Shown here: positions 10,546 to 19,340 of the stretch, piece after piece | Position numbering within the stretch: position 1 is the first letter of the stretch | Layout of the letters: every line of letters begins with the position of its first letter | Assembly: GCA_050287085.1 (NCBI GenBank) | Contig: JBNKBE010000003.1 | Coordinates: forward strand, 15,252 to 79,251 | Length of the DNA: 64,000 nt | DNA from: Polyangiaceae bacterium | Lineage (GTDB): Bacteria > Myxococcota_A > Polyangia > Polyangiales > Polyangiaceae | Direction: 5' to 3' | Notes under the pieces: generated by a model | What the model was told of the DNA's origin: nothing | The model's database searches: none | What the model saw: the letters and a program-made list of their open reading frames with translations, nothing else | Translations under genes and position numbers: made by a program

Positions 10546-11395
10546 GCAGGTGCTGGTGTTCGGAACCAGCAAGAACCTCGTGGGCCTCCTGACTCAACCT
10601 TCGGGCCAGAAAGAGTACCCCGTGGCCTTCGTCATGTGGAACGTGGGGATCAACCATCGCGTCGGCCCCTACCGCGTGTTCACCCAGTTGGCGCGTCGAT
10701 TGGCGTCTCTCGGCTTCACGGCCCTGCGCTTTGATGTATCGGGCCTTGGGGATAGCGAAGTGGCACGTAGCGACCGACGCCCGGAAGCCGAACGGCCTGC
10801 AGGGGACGTGCGCATGGCCTTCGACGCGATCGCGGCGCGCACCGGCATTGAGCGCTTTGTCGTCATCGGTTTCTGCTCCGGCGTCGACGCCGCCCACAAG
10901 CTAGCACTCGAAGATGAACGCGTGGTGGGAGCTGCCTTCCTGGAGGGATACGCGTTTCAAACACGGGGCTTTCGCATGAGGTACCCGAAGCGATTCTTCA
11001 ATCGACAGCGCTGGGAGCGCCGGCTGCGCATGCACTGGCCGCGCTTGTTCGGAGAGGTCCCCGGCTGGGAACAACAGCTCATGGCCCGCGAGTCCATCTA
11101 CGAGCGCAACTACCCGACCCCGGAAGAGTTCGGCCGCGAAGTTCGAACCATGGCCACTCGCGGCAAGCAGCTGCTCTTCGTGTACGTCGGAGGAGAATCC
11201 TCCTACGCCTATCGAGAGCAGTTGTTCGAGCATACGGGTCGTGGTGACTTCGAGCGTATGATTGATCTGGACTTCTTTGGGGATGCCGATCACACCTTTT
11301 TCTGTGAGGCGGATCGCAAGCGGATGGTGGAGCGCGTCTTGAGCTGGGCTCGGGAGCGCTTCAGCCTGGTGAGTCCCGCCTCCAGTGACGACTGA
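10538..11395 (+). CDS. Alpha/beta-hydrolase-fold protein with Cys elbow (exosortase-A-associated hydrolase 1-like)
   Basis: ATG 10538 overlaps the upstream stop; NVGINHRVGPYR, LRFDVSGLGDS, GFCSG elbow, ADHTF catalytic His. Confidence 0.85.
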   Translation: MTEQVLVFGTSKNLVGLLTQPSGQKEYPVAFVMWNVGINHRVGPYRVFTQLARRLASLGFTALRFDVSGLGDSEVARSDRRPEAERPAGDVRMAFDAIAARTGIERFVVIGFCSGVDAAHKLALEDERVVGAAFLEGYAFQTRGFRMRYPKRFFNRQRWERRLRMHWPRLFGEVPGWEQQLMARESIYERNYPTPEEFGREVRTMATRGKQLLFVYVGGESSYAYREQLFEHTGRGDFERMIDLDFFGDADHTFFCEADRKRMVERVLSWARERFSLVSPASSDD

Positions 11396-11468
11396 TGCCG
11401 GCCAACGATTCGTCTCGCTGGTCGCACGACATGACAGCCTGGATCCGTTCCGGGAGGAGAGCAGCTAG

Positions 11469-14400
11469 ATGCCGAATCTAAGTGAGGCCGAGCAACACCA
11501 TTTGGTTTTCGAGCTCAATCAGGGCGCAGACGACGGCGTTCCAAGCCGCACCATCGCCGAATTGTTCGCGGCTGAGCTGAGAGCCGGGCCCGAACGAATC
11601 GCTGTCGCGTGGCACGGTGGTAGCCTCAGCTACGCGGAGCTCGACGCAGCGAGCAGTCACCTTGCAGGGCGACTCAGCGACGCGGGTGCAAGCGAAGGCA
11701 AGGTGGTCGCGCTTTGCCTGGAACGAGGGCCGCTCGCCATCGTTGCGCTGCTGGCTACGGCGAAAGCCAGCGCCGCCTACATGCCGATTGAACCGACGTA
11801 TCCCGAAGATCGGATTCGTTTCATGCTCCAGGACGCAGCCCCCGTCGTGGTCCTGACGAGCACCGACTTGCGCTCGCAATTGCCCGGCGACTACGCCGGG
11901 ACGGTTTGGGAGCTACCGGCAACACCCGAGGTCGATGGCTCATCGCGACCAGCCCCGACGCAGCTCAACGGGCCCGAAAGCCCGGCGTACGTTATGTACA
12001 CCTCCGGCTCCACGGGCCAGCCGAAAGGTGTGGTGGTCCCTCAGCGCGCCATTGATCGCCTGGTGAAGCAGGCCCCCTTCGCCAAGCTCGACAGCGACAC
12101 ACGGATCCTGCAGGCGGCACCCATCGCATTCGACGCGTCAACCTTCGAGATCTGGGGCGCCCTCCTCAATGGCGGCACGGTCGTGCTCCACGACGAAGCA
12201 TTCCCGACGCCCGCTGGCCTCCGGCGCTCCATTCGGGAGCTGGGGGTCACCACCATGTGGCTGACGGCGGGTCTCTTCAACGCCGTCATAGATGAAGATC
12301 CACAGGCGCTCAGTGGCCTCTGCGAGCTGTTGACCGGAGGAGAAGCACTCAGCGTTCCACACGTCAGCAAGGCGCTGGCGGAACTACCCACGACGCAGCT
12401 GATCAACGGCTACGGCCCCACGGAAACGACAACGTTCGCGACTTGTTATCGCATTCCGCCAGACCGCGCACTGCCGCCCACCGGTGTGCCTATCGGCTAT
12501 GCCATCAGACAGACGCGGCTCTACGTGCTCGACGAAGAGCTACGCCCTGTTCGCGCGGGCGAGCTGGGCGAGCTCTACGTCGGCGGACGCGGCGTTTCGC
12601 TGGGTTACCTCAACCGAGACGACCTCACGGCGGAGCGCTTCTTCGATGACCCCTTCGTTGCTGGTGAGCGGCTCTACAAGACTGGCGATCAAGTCAGAAT
12701 GGACAACGATGGTCTGGTTCACTACGCAGGGCGGGCTGACCAACAGGTGAAAATTCGCGGCTTCCGAATCGAGCTCGGTGAGATCGAAGCCGCGCTGGTA
12801 GCTCGCCCTGGGGTGGCCCGAGCGGCCGTCAAGGTGATTGAGCAAGCCGGAAATAAGTCGCTGTGTGCGTACCTGGTGCCCGCCGACGGTCACCACAAGG
12901 ACGCGAAAGCGGTCATGGACGCGCTGCGGCAGTCGCTACCGGACTACATGGTCCCGTCGCGACACGTCTGGATCGACGAGATTCCGATCACGGCCAACGG
13001 CAAGACCAACTATGCCGCGCTGCCCGCTCCAGAACTTCAAGGAACTGAAGTACGCGGCGCTACTTCGGCGGCAGGCACCGCAGGCGCAATAGCGGCCGTC
13101 TTCGCCGAGCTGTTGGGCTTCGCTCAGGTCGACCCTGACGCCAACGTCTTCGATTTGGGGGCCAATTCGCTTCTCGTTGTGCGAGCGGTCACTCGCTTGC
13201 GAGATCGCGTTGGTATCGAGGTACCGGTCACAAAGGTCTTCCAGTATCCAACGCCGCGAACGCTGGGTGACTTCCTCGACGGGAACACGACGCAGAAGCG
13301 CAGCTCCACCAGGCAGCCAGCGCTGGCACAGCAGGATGGGCAGATCGCCATCATCGGTATCGCAGGTCGCTTTCCAGGCGCACTCAGCGTGGAGCAGCTC
13401 TGGGACAACCTCGTCGCCGGCAAGGACACCGTCGCCCATTTTGGACGCCATCAGCTGGATCCTTCTATTCCAGACGAGCTTGTCGCCGATCCACGCTACG
13501 TGCCCGCCCGCGGCGTCATTGACGAGCCTGAACACTTCGATGCTGCCTTCTTCGGCATCACGCCCAAAGAAGCCTTGCTCATGGATCCCCAGCAGCGCCT
13601 GCTCTTTGAGATTGCGTGGGAGGCTCTCGAATCATCCGGGTATGTTCCCGAAAAGTACCCTCGCCCAATAGGTGTCTTTGCAGGGAAATACAACGACACC
13701 TACTATGCCGAGCGTGTCCTCCAGTATCCTGAGCTGATCGCGGAACTCGGTGAGTTCCAGGTGATGGTCGCCAATGAGAAGGACTACGTCGCAACCCGAC
13801 TAGCCCATCGTCTGAATCTGCGTGGCCCCGCGGTGAGCGTGCATACCGCCTGCTCGACGTCGCTCGTGGCCATCACCATGGCCGTCTCGGCGCTCAGAGC
13901 CGGACAGTGCGGCATCGCCTTGGCGGGCGGCGCGTCGCTGACGGTCCCGATCAACAGCGGGCATCTCTACCAAGAGGGAGCGATGCTGTCTGCCGACGGC
14001 AAGACTCGCACTTTCGACCAAGACGCCAGCGGAACCGTCTTCAGCGACGGCGTCGCGATGGTAGTTCTGAAGCGACTCGGTGAAGCTGTGGCGGATGGCG
14101 ACACCATTTACGGGGTCATCCACGGCATCGGGCTGAATAACGACGGCGCCGACAAGGCGAGCTTCACAGCCCCAAGCATCGAGGGCCAAACAGACGTCAT
14201 CGCCATGGCCCAAGCCGATGCCGGATTGACGCCGGACGACATCGACTATGTCGAGACCCACGGCACCGCGACGCCTTTGGGCGATCCGATCGAGGTCGAA
14301 GCCTTGTCTCAGGCCTTCGCCGAACGCACGTCCGACCGTGGCCCAGTCCTGATCGGCTCTCTGAAGAGCAACATGGGGCATCTTGTCATCGCGGCCGGCG

Positions 14401-17400
14401 CCGCCGGCATGATCAAGACCGCCCTGGCCCTACAACGGGAGCTCATTCCGCCGAGTCTCCACTTCAAGAAGCTCAACCCGCGGATTCGTTTCAAGGAGGG
14501 AGCGTTTCGTGTCGTTGCGACCAGAACGCCGTGGCCGCGACGGTCGACCCCGCGCTTTGCCGGCATCAGCGCCTTCGGGGTGGGCGGTACCAACGCGCAT
14601 GTGGTGCTGGGCGAGCCACCACTAACAACGGCCACGGAGTCCACTCGCAGCAGCGAGCTACTGGTGTTGTCCGCTCGCTCCGATCAAGCACTGCAGCAGG
14701 CTTGTTCGCGCCTAGCCGACGCGCTGGACGCAAGCGAGCTGTGTCTGGCGGATGTAGCTCTGACCCTACACGCTGGACGGCGCGAGTTCCCGTTTCGACG
14801 CTACGTGGTCGCAGGCGATGGTCAAGAAGCGGCAAAGAAGCTGCGACAAGCGCAGGTCGTCAAGCGCACGCCCGGCGGTGCGCCCTCGGTGTTGTTCATG
14901 TTTCCCGGCCAAGGAAGTCAGCACCTCGGCATGGGAGCTCAATTGTACAGCGAATCGAGCACCTTTCGTGGCCATGTCGATCACTGCCTGACGCTCCTGG
15001 ACCCGGCGACCGCGACCCGGCTGCGAGAGCTCGTGTTCACGCCCTCGCCCGACGACGCCGCCGCTGCCGAACTGAACCAGACTTCATTGGCGCAGCCGGC
15101 GCTCTTCATCATGGAGTACGCAGTCGCGCAGTTGTGGTTGGAGCTCGGACTGAAGCCGCGGGCTCTCATCGGGCACAGCGTTGGAGAGTTCGTTGCCGCC
15201 GTCATCGCAGGCGTCATGACCCTCGAAGACGCCGTAGTCCTGGTCGCCGAACGAGGCGCGCGAATGCAGGCCCAACCCCCAGGGGGCATGCTTTCCGTAC
15301 GCCTACCGGCGTCGGCAGTCGAAGCGCGACTCACCGGCGACCTGGCGCTCGCGGCAGACAACTCGCCGCGCCTTTCGGTCGTGGCGGGTCCAAACGATCA
15401 AATCGACGCTTTCGCGGCCCTATTGGAGCGCGAGGGAGAATTGGCGAAACGTCTTCACACGTCACACGCTTTTCACTCGTCGATGATGCAACCCGTCGTC
15501 GAACCATTTCAGACGCGACTGCAGGCGCTCTCGCTCCGCCGGCCGCAGATTCCGATCATCTCCACGGTAACCGGACAGCTCATGAGCGACGAGGAAGCGA
15601 CCAGCCCGGCGTACTGGGCGGATCAGTTGCGCCTCGCCGTACGCTTCGGTCCCGCCGTCGCCGAAGCTCAGGTGCGGTATGACGCGCCATTGCTGCTCGA
15701 GGTCGGTCCTCGGCGAAGCCTGGCAACCTTGGCTCGGCAGCAAAACAGCAGCGGTACCAAGATCAATGCGGCCAGTTCACTGGGCGACAACAGCACAACC
15801 AACGGCAGCGCCTTCCGTGAAGCCTGTGGGGTGTTGTGGACTCAAGGCGTCAAGCTCGACCCGGAATCACTACACGCTCCCGCCCGTCGCATCCCGCTTC
15901 CCACCTATCCGTTTGAACGCCGCTTGTTTACCCTCCCGGCTCGGAGCCCCAGCCCGCCGCGTTCTCCCCTCCAAGACGCCGCAGCTCCCATAGAAAGCGG
16001 ACACGGTCAAACCTTCACCCCCGAAGTCGAGCCTTCCACCCCCAATAAGGACCGCCCTACCAAGATGAATGCCGCCGATCCACGCCACGACCAGACCCTG
16101 ACTACGCTCTGTGAGATTCTGGAGGAGACATCGGGTATCGATGTGACGCCGGACGACGCGGACGCACCGTTTCTCGAATTGGGACTGGATTCGCTCTTCT
16201 TGACCCAGTTTGCGATCACTGTGCAGCGCAAGTTTGACGTCGATGTCACCTTTCGCAAGTTGCAGGAAGACTGCCCCACCATGGCCACCCTTGCAGACTT
16301 GATCGTGGCAGAGCTGCCGCCGATGGCCGTGCGGACGCCCCCTATCTCGGAAGCCGCCGTCGCCCAGCCCAAAGCTCCAGCGCCCGGCCCCATCGCGGCC
16401 CCCGAAGTTCCCGCTGCCCAAGTTCTAGCCGCCCAAGTTCCAGCTCCGGCGTTCATGGCACCGACCACGCCGTCGCCACTGCCCACGACAAGCGCTGCGG
16501 TCAATACCGGGGTGCTTGGACTGATCGAACAACAGCTGCAACTGACAGCGCAACTGCTCAGAGCCGTTTCGGGCGGACAAGCGCAGGCAGTACCGGTCCC
16601 TGCCGCGACCGTCGCCGCACCGGTTCCCCAACCCCTACCTCAAACCCAGGCCCCAGCACCCACCCCGGCCTTGCCGCCCCAGCGCGAACTGCTTGACGCC
16701 CCCGAGGGCCCGCCCCTGAGCACCCGCTCCGTTCGACGCTCCGATGGGGTTGGCGCAAACGATCTGGAGGCCCCCCCAAGCACGCGCAGCGCTCGCACCA
16801 TGATGAAGTACGACGTCAAGAAGGCGTTTGGTGCCATTGCGCGCATTCACACGGCGGGCGACGATATCGCCCCGCAGCAGCGAGCCAAACTGGACGCCTT
16901 CATTCGCCGATACACCGAGCGCACGGCAGGGTCGAAGAAGTTCGCGCAGGACAACCGCGAACAAATGGCCGATCCACGAGTGGTCACAGGCTTCAAGCCG
17001 ACCACCAAGGAACTTGTTTACCCGATAGTAGTAGAGCGTTCGAAAGGCGCCCATCTTTGGGACGTCGACGGCAACCGCTACGTGGATGCTCTCAACGGTT
17101 TTGGCCTGAGCCTTTTTGGGTGGCAGCCGGACTTCGTCACGAAGGCCATCGAAGAACAGCTGCATCGTGGGCACGAAATTGGCCCGCAGCACCCACTGTC
17201 CGGCGAAACCGCATCACTGCTGTGCCAGCTAACAGGATTCGATCGCGCCGCGTTCTGCAATACCGGCTCGGAAGCGGTAATGGGCTGTACCCGAGTTGCC
17301 CGCACCGTAACCGGACGCAAGACCATCGCGCTCTTCACTGGCGCCTACCATGGTATCTTCGACGAGGTGCTCGTGCGGGGCACCAAGAAGCTGCGTTCAA

Positions 17401-18365
17401 TCCCCGCGGCGCCAGGGATTCTGCCCGAAGCGATGAGCAATACGCTGGTGTTGCCCTATGGCACCCCCGAGTCGCTCGAGATCCTGAAGAATCGAGCCGA
17501 TGACCTCGCCGCCATCTTGGTAGAGCCGATTCAAAGCCGCCGTCCCGACTTCCGACCGAAGGAGTTCCTCGCTGAACTGCGACAACTGACGGAACGAGCC
17601 GGGGTCGTCTACATCTTTGACGAAGTCGTATGTGGCTTCCGCCTATGCCCTGGCGGAGCCCAGGAGTACTACGGCATCAAGGCGGACATCGCTTCGTACG
17701 GTAAAGTCATTGGTGGCGGCCTGCCGATCGGCGTGATCGCGGGACAGCGACGTTTCATGGATGCGCTGGATGGTGGCTTTTGGCAATTCGGTGATGCATC
17801 AAGCCCACCGGTTGGCGTCACCTACTTCGCCGGAACATTCGTACGCCACCCGCTGGCACTGGCCGCGTGTAATGCCGTTTGCAAGCACCTTCTACAGGAA
17901 GGCCCAGAGCTGCAACAACGACTCAATGCCAAGGTTGAAGCGTTCGTCGGCAACGTGCGAGACTTTCTCTCAGAAGTCGGCGCACCGATCGAAATCAAGA
18001 GTTTCGCGTCGCTTTGGCGGCTGGTGTACACCGAAGACCAGCCACTGGGAGACGTGCTGTTCTATATGCTGCGCGATCGCGGGATACACATCTACGATGG
18101 GTTTCCTTGTTTCTTCACGACCGCGCATACCGACGAGGACTTCGCAGCACTGCAGACGGCCATTCAGGAGAGCGTCAAAGAGATGCAAGCATCCGGCTTT
18201 CTCTCATCAACGGGGCGAGCCCCAGCCGGTCTCCCTGCCGCTTCGGCCAAGCCGCCCGTGCCTGGTGCCCGACTGGGTCGCGACCGTGATGGCACACCGG
18301 CGTGGTTCGCCCCCCACCCAGATAACCCGAAGAAGTTTGTGAAAGTCGGACCAGCGGGAGCCTAG
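11469..18365 (+). CDS. Hybrid NRPS/PKS: A-PCP-KS-AT-ACP-class III aminotransferase
   Basis: A: YTSGSTGQPKG, NGYGPTE, YKTGD, NGK. PCP: DLGANSLL. KS: TACSTS, HGTATPLGD, NMGH. AT: GHSVG and HAFH (malonyl type). ACP: LGLDSL. Aminotransferase: NTGSEA, YHG, DEVVCGFR, YGKVIGGG. Confidence 0.95.
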   Translation: MPNLSEAEQHHLVFELNQGADDGVPSRTIAELFAAELRAGPERIAVAWHGGSLSYAELDAASSHLAGRLSDAGASEGKVVALCLERGPLAIVALLATAKASAAYMPIEPTYPEDRIRFMLQDAAPVVVLTSTDLRSQLPGDYAGTVWELPATPEVDGSSRPAPTQLNGPESPAYVMYTSGSTGQPKGVVVPQRAIDRLVKQAPFAKLDSDTRILQAAPIAFDASTFEIWGALLNGGTVVLHDEAFPTPAGLRRSIRELGVTTMWLTAGLFNAVIDEDPQALSGLCELLTGGEALSVPHVSKALAELPTTQLINGYGPTETTTFATCYRIPPDRALPPTGVPIGYAIRQTRLYVLDEELRPVRAGELGELYVGGRGVSLGYLNRDDLTAERFFDDPFVAGERLYKTGDQVRMDNDGLVHYAGRADQQVKIRGFRIELGEIEAALVARPGVARAAVKVIEQAGNKSLCAYLVPADGHHKDAKAVMDALRQSLPDYMVPSRHVWIDEIPITANGKTNYAALPAPELQGTEVRGATSAAGTAGAIAAVFAELLGFAQVDPDANVFDLGANSLLVVRAVTRLRDRVGIEVPVTKVFQYPTPRTLGDFLDGNTTQKRSSTRQPALAQQDGQIAIIGIAGRFPGALSVEQLWDNLVAGKDTVAHFGRHQLDPSIPDELVADPRYVPARGVIDEPEHFDAAFFGITPKEALLMDPQQRLLFEIAWEALESSGYVPEKYPRPIGVFAGKYNDTYYAERVLQYPELIAELGEFQVMVANEKDYVATRLAHRLNLRGPAVSVHTACSTSLVAITMAVSALRAGQCGIALAGGASLTVPINSGHLYQEGAMLSADGKTRTFDQDASGTVFSDGVAMVVLKRLGEAVADGDTIYGVIHGIGLNNDGADKASFTAPSIEGQTDVIAMAQADAGLTPDDIDYVETHGTATPLGDPIEVEALSQAFAERTSDRGPVLIGSLKSNMGHLVIAAGAAGMIKTALALQRELIPPSLHFKKLNPRIRFKEGAFRVVATRTPWPRRSTPRFAGISAFGVGGTNAHVVLGEPPLTTATESTRSSELLVLSARSDQALQQACSRLADALDASELCLADVALTLHAGRREFPFRRYVVAGDGQEAAKKLRQAQVVKRTPGGAPSVLFMFPGQGSQHLGMGAQLYSESSTFRGHVDHCLTLLDPATATRLRELVFTPSPDDAAAAELNQTSLAQPALFIMEYAVAQLWLELGLKPRALIGHSVGEFVAAVIAGVMTLEDAVVLVAERGARMQAQPPGGMLSVRLPASAVEARLTGDLALAADNSPRLSVVAGPNDQIDAFAALLEREGELAKRLHTSHAFHSSMMQPVVEPFQTRLQALSLRRPQIPIISTVTGQLMSDEEATSPAYWADQLRLAVRFGPAVAEAQVRYDAPLLLEVGPRRSLATLARQQNSSGTKINAASSLGDNSTTNGSAFREACGVLWTQGVKLDPESLHAPARRIPLPTYPFERRLFTLPARSPSPPRSPLQDAAAPIESGHGQTFTPEVEPSTPNKDRPTKMNAADPRHDQTLTTLCEILEETSGIDVTPDDADAPFLELGLDSLFLTQFAITVQRKFDVDVTFRKLQEDCPTMATLADLIVAELPPMAVRTPPISEAAVAQPKAPAPGPIAAPEVPAAQVLAAQVPAPAFMAPTTPSPLPTTSAAVNTGVLGLIEQQLQLTAQLLRAVSGGQAQAVPVPAATVAAPVPQPLPQTQAPAPTPALPPQRELLDAPEGPPLSTRSVRRSDGVGANDLEAPPSTRSARTMMKYDVKKAFGAIARIHTAGDDIAPQQRAKLDAFIRRYTERTAGSKKFAQDNREQMADPRVVTGFKPTTKELVYPIVVERSKGAHLWDVDGNRYVDALNGFGLSLFGWQPDFVTKAIEEQLHRGHEIGPQHPLSGETASLLCQLTGFDRAAFCNTGSEAVMGCTRVARTVTGRKTIALFTGAYHGIFDEVLVRGTKKLRSIPAAPGILPEAMSNTLVLPYGTPESLEILKNRADDLAAILVEPIQSRRPDFRPKEFLAELRQLTERAGVVYIFDEVVCGFRLCPGGAQEYYGIKADIASYGKVIGGGLPIGVIAGQRRFMDALDGGFWQFGDASSPPVGVTYFAGTFVRHPLALAACNAVCKHLLQEGPELQQRLNAKVEAFVGNVRDFLSEVGAPIEIKSFASLWRLVYTEDQPLGDVLFYMLRDRGIHIYDGFPCFFTTAHTDEDFAALQTAIQESVKEMQASGFLSSTGRAPAGLPAASAKPPVPGARLGRDRDGTPAWFAPHPDNPKKFVKVGPAGA

Positions 18366-18433
18366 ATGAACAAGCACGACGGCCGGCGCGCTCTTGCTTC
18401 TGTAAGCGAAAGCGACGCGAAGGACTGCTACCG

Positions 18434-19321
18434 GTGAGAGGGCACCTGCTCGTGGCGGCGGCCGGCCTCAGCTTGCTCGCATTGGCCGCCTCCGGGCTGG
18501 TTGGGTGGCGCGCCTTCCGAGCCGAGTACAACTGCTTTCATCCTCGCCCTCGCCCTGAGCCTGCCCTCGTCGATTACTTTGCCCCGGAGCTGAAGGTTGA
18601 GAACGCCGTCTTCTCGGACGCTCGCGAGCCGGTATTGACGGGCTGGTACCGAGCCTCCACCAATGGAAGGTGTGTGATTCTTGCACACGGCTCGCTGGGC
18701 GACAGAGCCTCGCTCGCCGCCGAAACCCGTTTGCTAGCGCAGGCCGGCTTCGGCGTCGCGACGCTGGATCTACCTGGCCATGGTAGCAGCCACGGCAAGG
18801 TAGAGTGGGGCCAGGCGGAGCGGAACGCTCTCTCGACCGCATTGCGTTTCGTTCTTGCGCAACAACCAGAGCTGCAGGTGGGGGTGCTGGGCTTCTCAAT
18901 GGGGGGCCACATCGCCATTCAATGGGCCGCTCGAGAGTCGCGTGTTCAAGCGATTGCTGTGATGGGTACCCCGCCCGACCCCACAGAGTTCACGCGTTAC
19001 GAATACCGCCGATTCGGACCGCTCACACAGTGGCCAGCGTTCGCCGGCATATACCTGGGTGGCATGGACTTAGGAGAGCCAACCCCCCTGCAGCTCGCGG
19101 CGAGCTTGGCGCCACGCCCACTGCTGGTCATCATGGGCGAGCAAGATCCGCACTTGCCAGCCACGATGGCCCGGAAGCTATTCGATGCGGCGCTCCAGCC
19201 CAAACAATGGTTCGTCGTGCCAAAAGCGGGCCACGGCCGCTACGCGGACGCCGCCCCAAGCCAGTTCAAGGCAGCGCTGATATCGTTCTTCAGCGCCAGC
19301 CTCTCGCCTCGCTCCGAGTGA
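18434..19321 (+). CDS. Alpha/beta hydrolase with N-terminal membrane anchor or signal and canonical triad
   Basis: Hydrophobic N-terminus; LAHG, DLPGHGSS, GFSMGG, GEQD, AGH. Confidence 0.88.
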   Translation: MRGHLLVAAAGLSLLALAASGLVGWRAFRAEYNCFHPRPRPEPALVDYFAPELKVENAVFSDAREPVLTGWYRASTNGRCVILAHGSLGDRASLAAETRLLAQAGFGVATLDLPGHGSSHGKVEWGQAERNALSTALRFVLAQQPELQVGVLGFSMGGHIAIQWAARESRVQAIAVMGTPPDPTEFTRYEYRRFGPLTQWPAFAGIYLGGMDLGEPTPLQLAASLAPRPLLVIMGEQDPHLPATMARKLFDAALQPKQWFVVPKAGHGRYADAAPSQFKAALISFFSASLSPRSE

Positions 19322-19340
19322 ACGTTTCCGTCCTGCGCCC

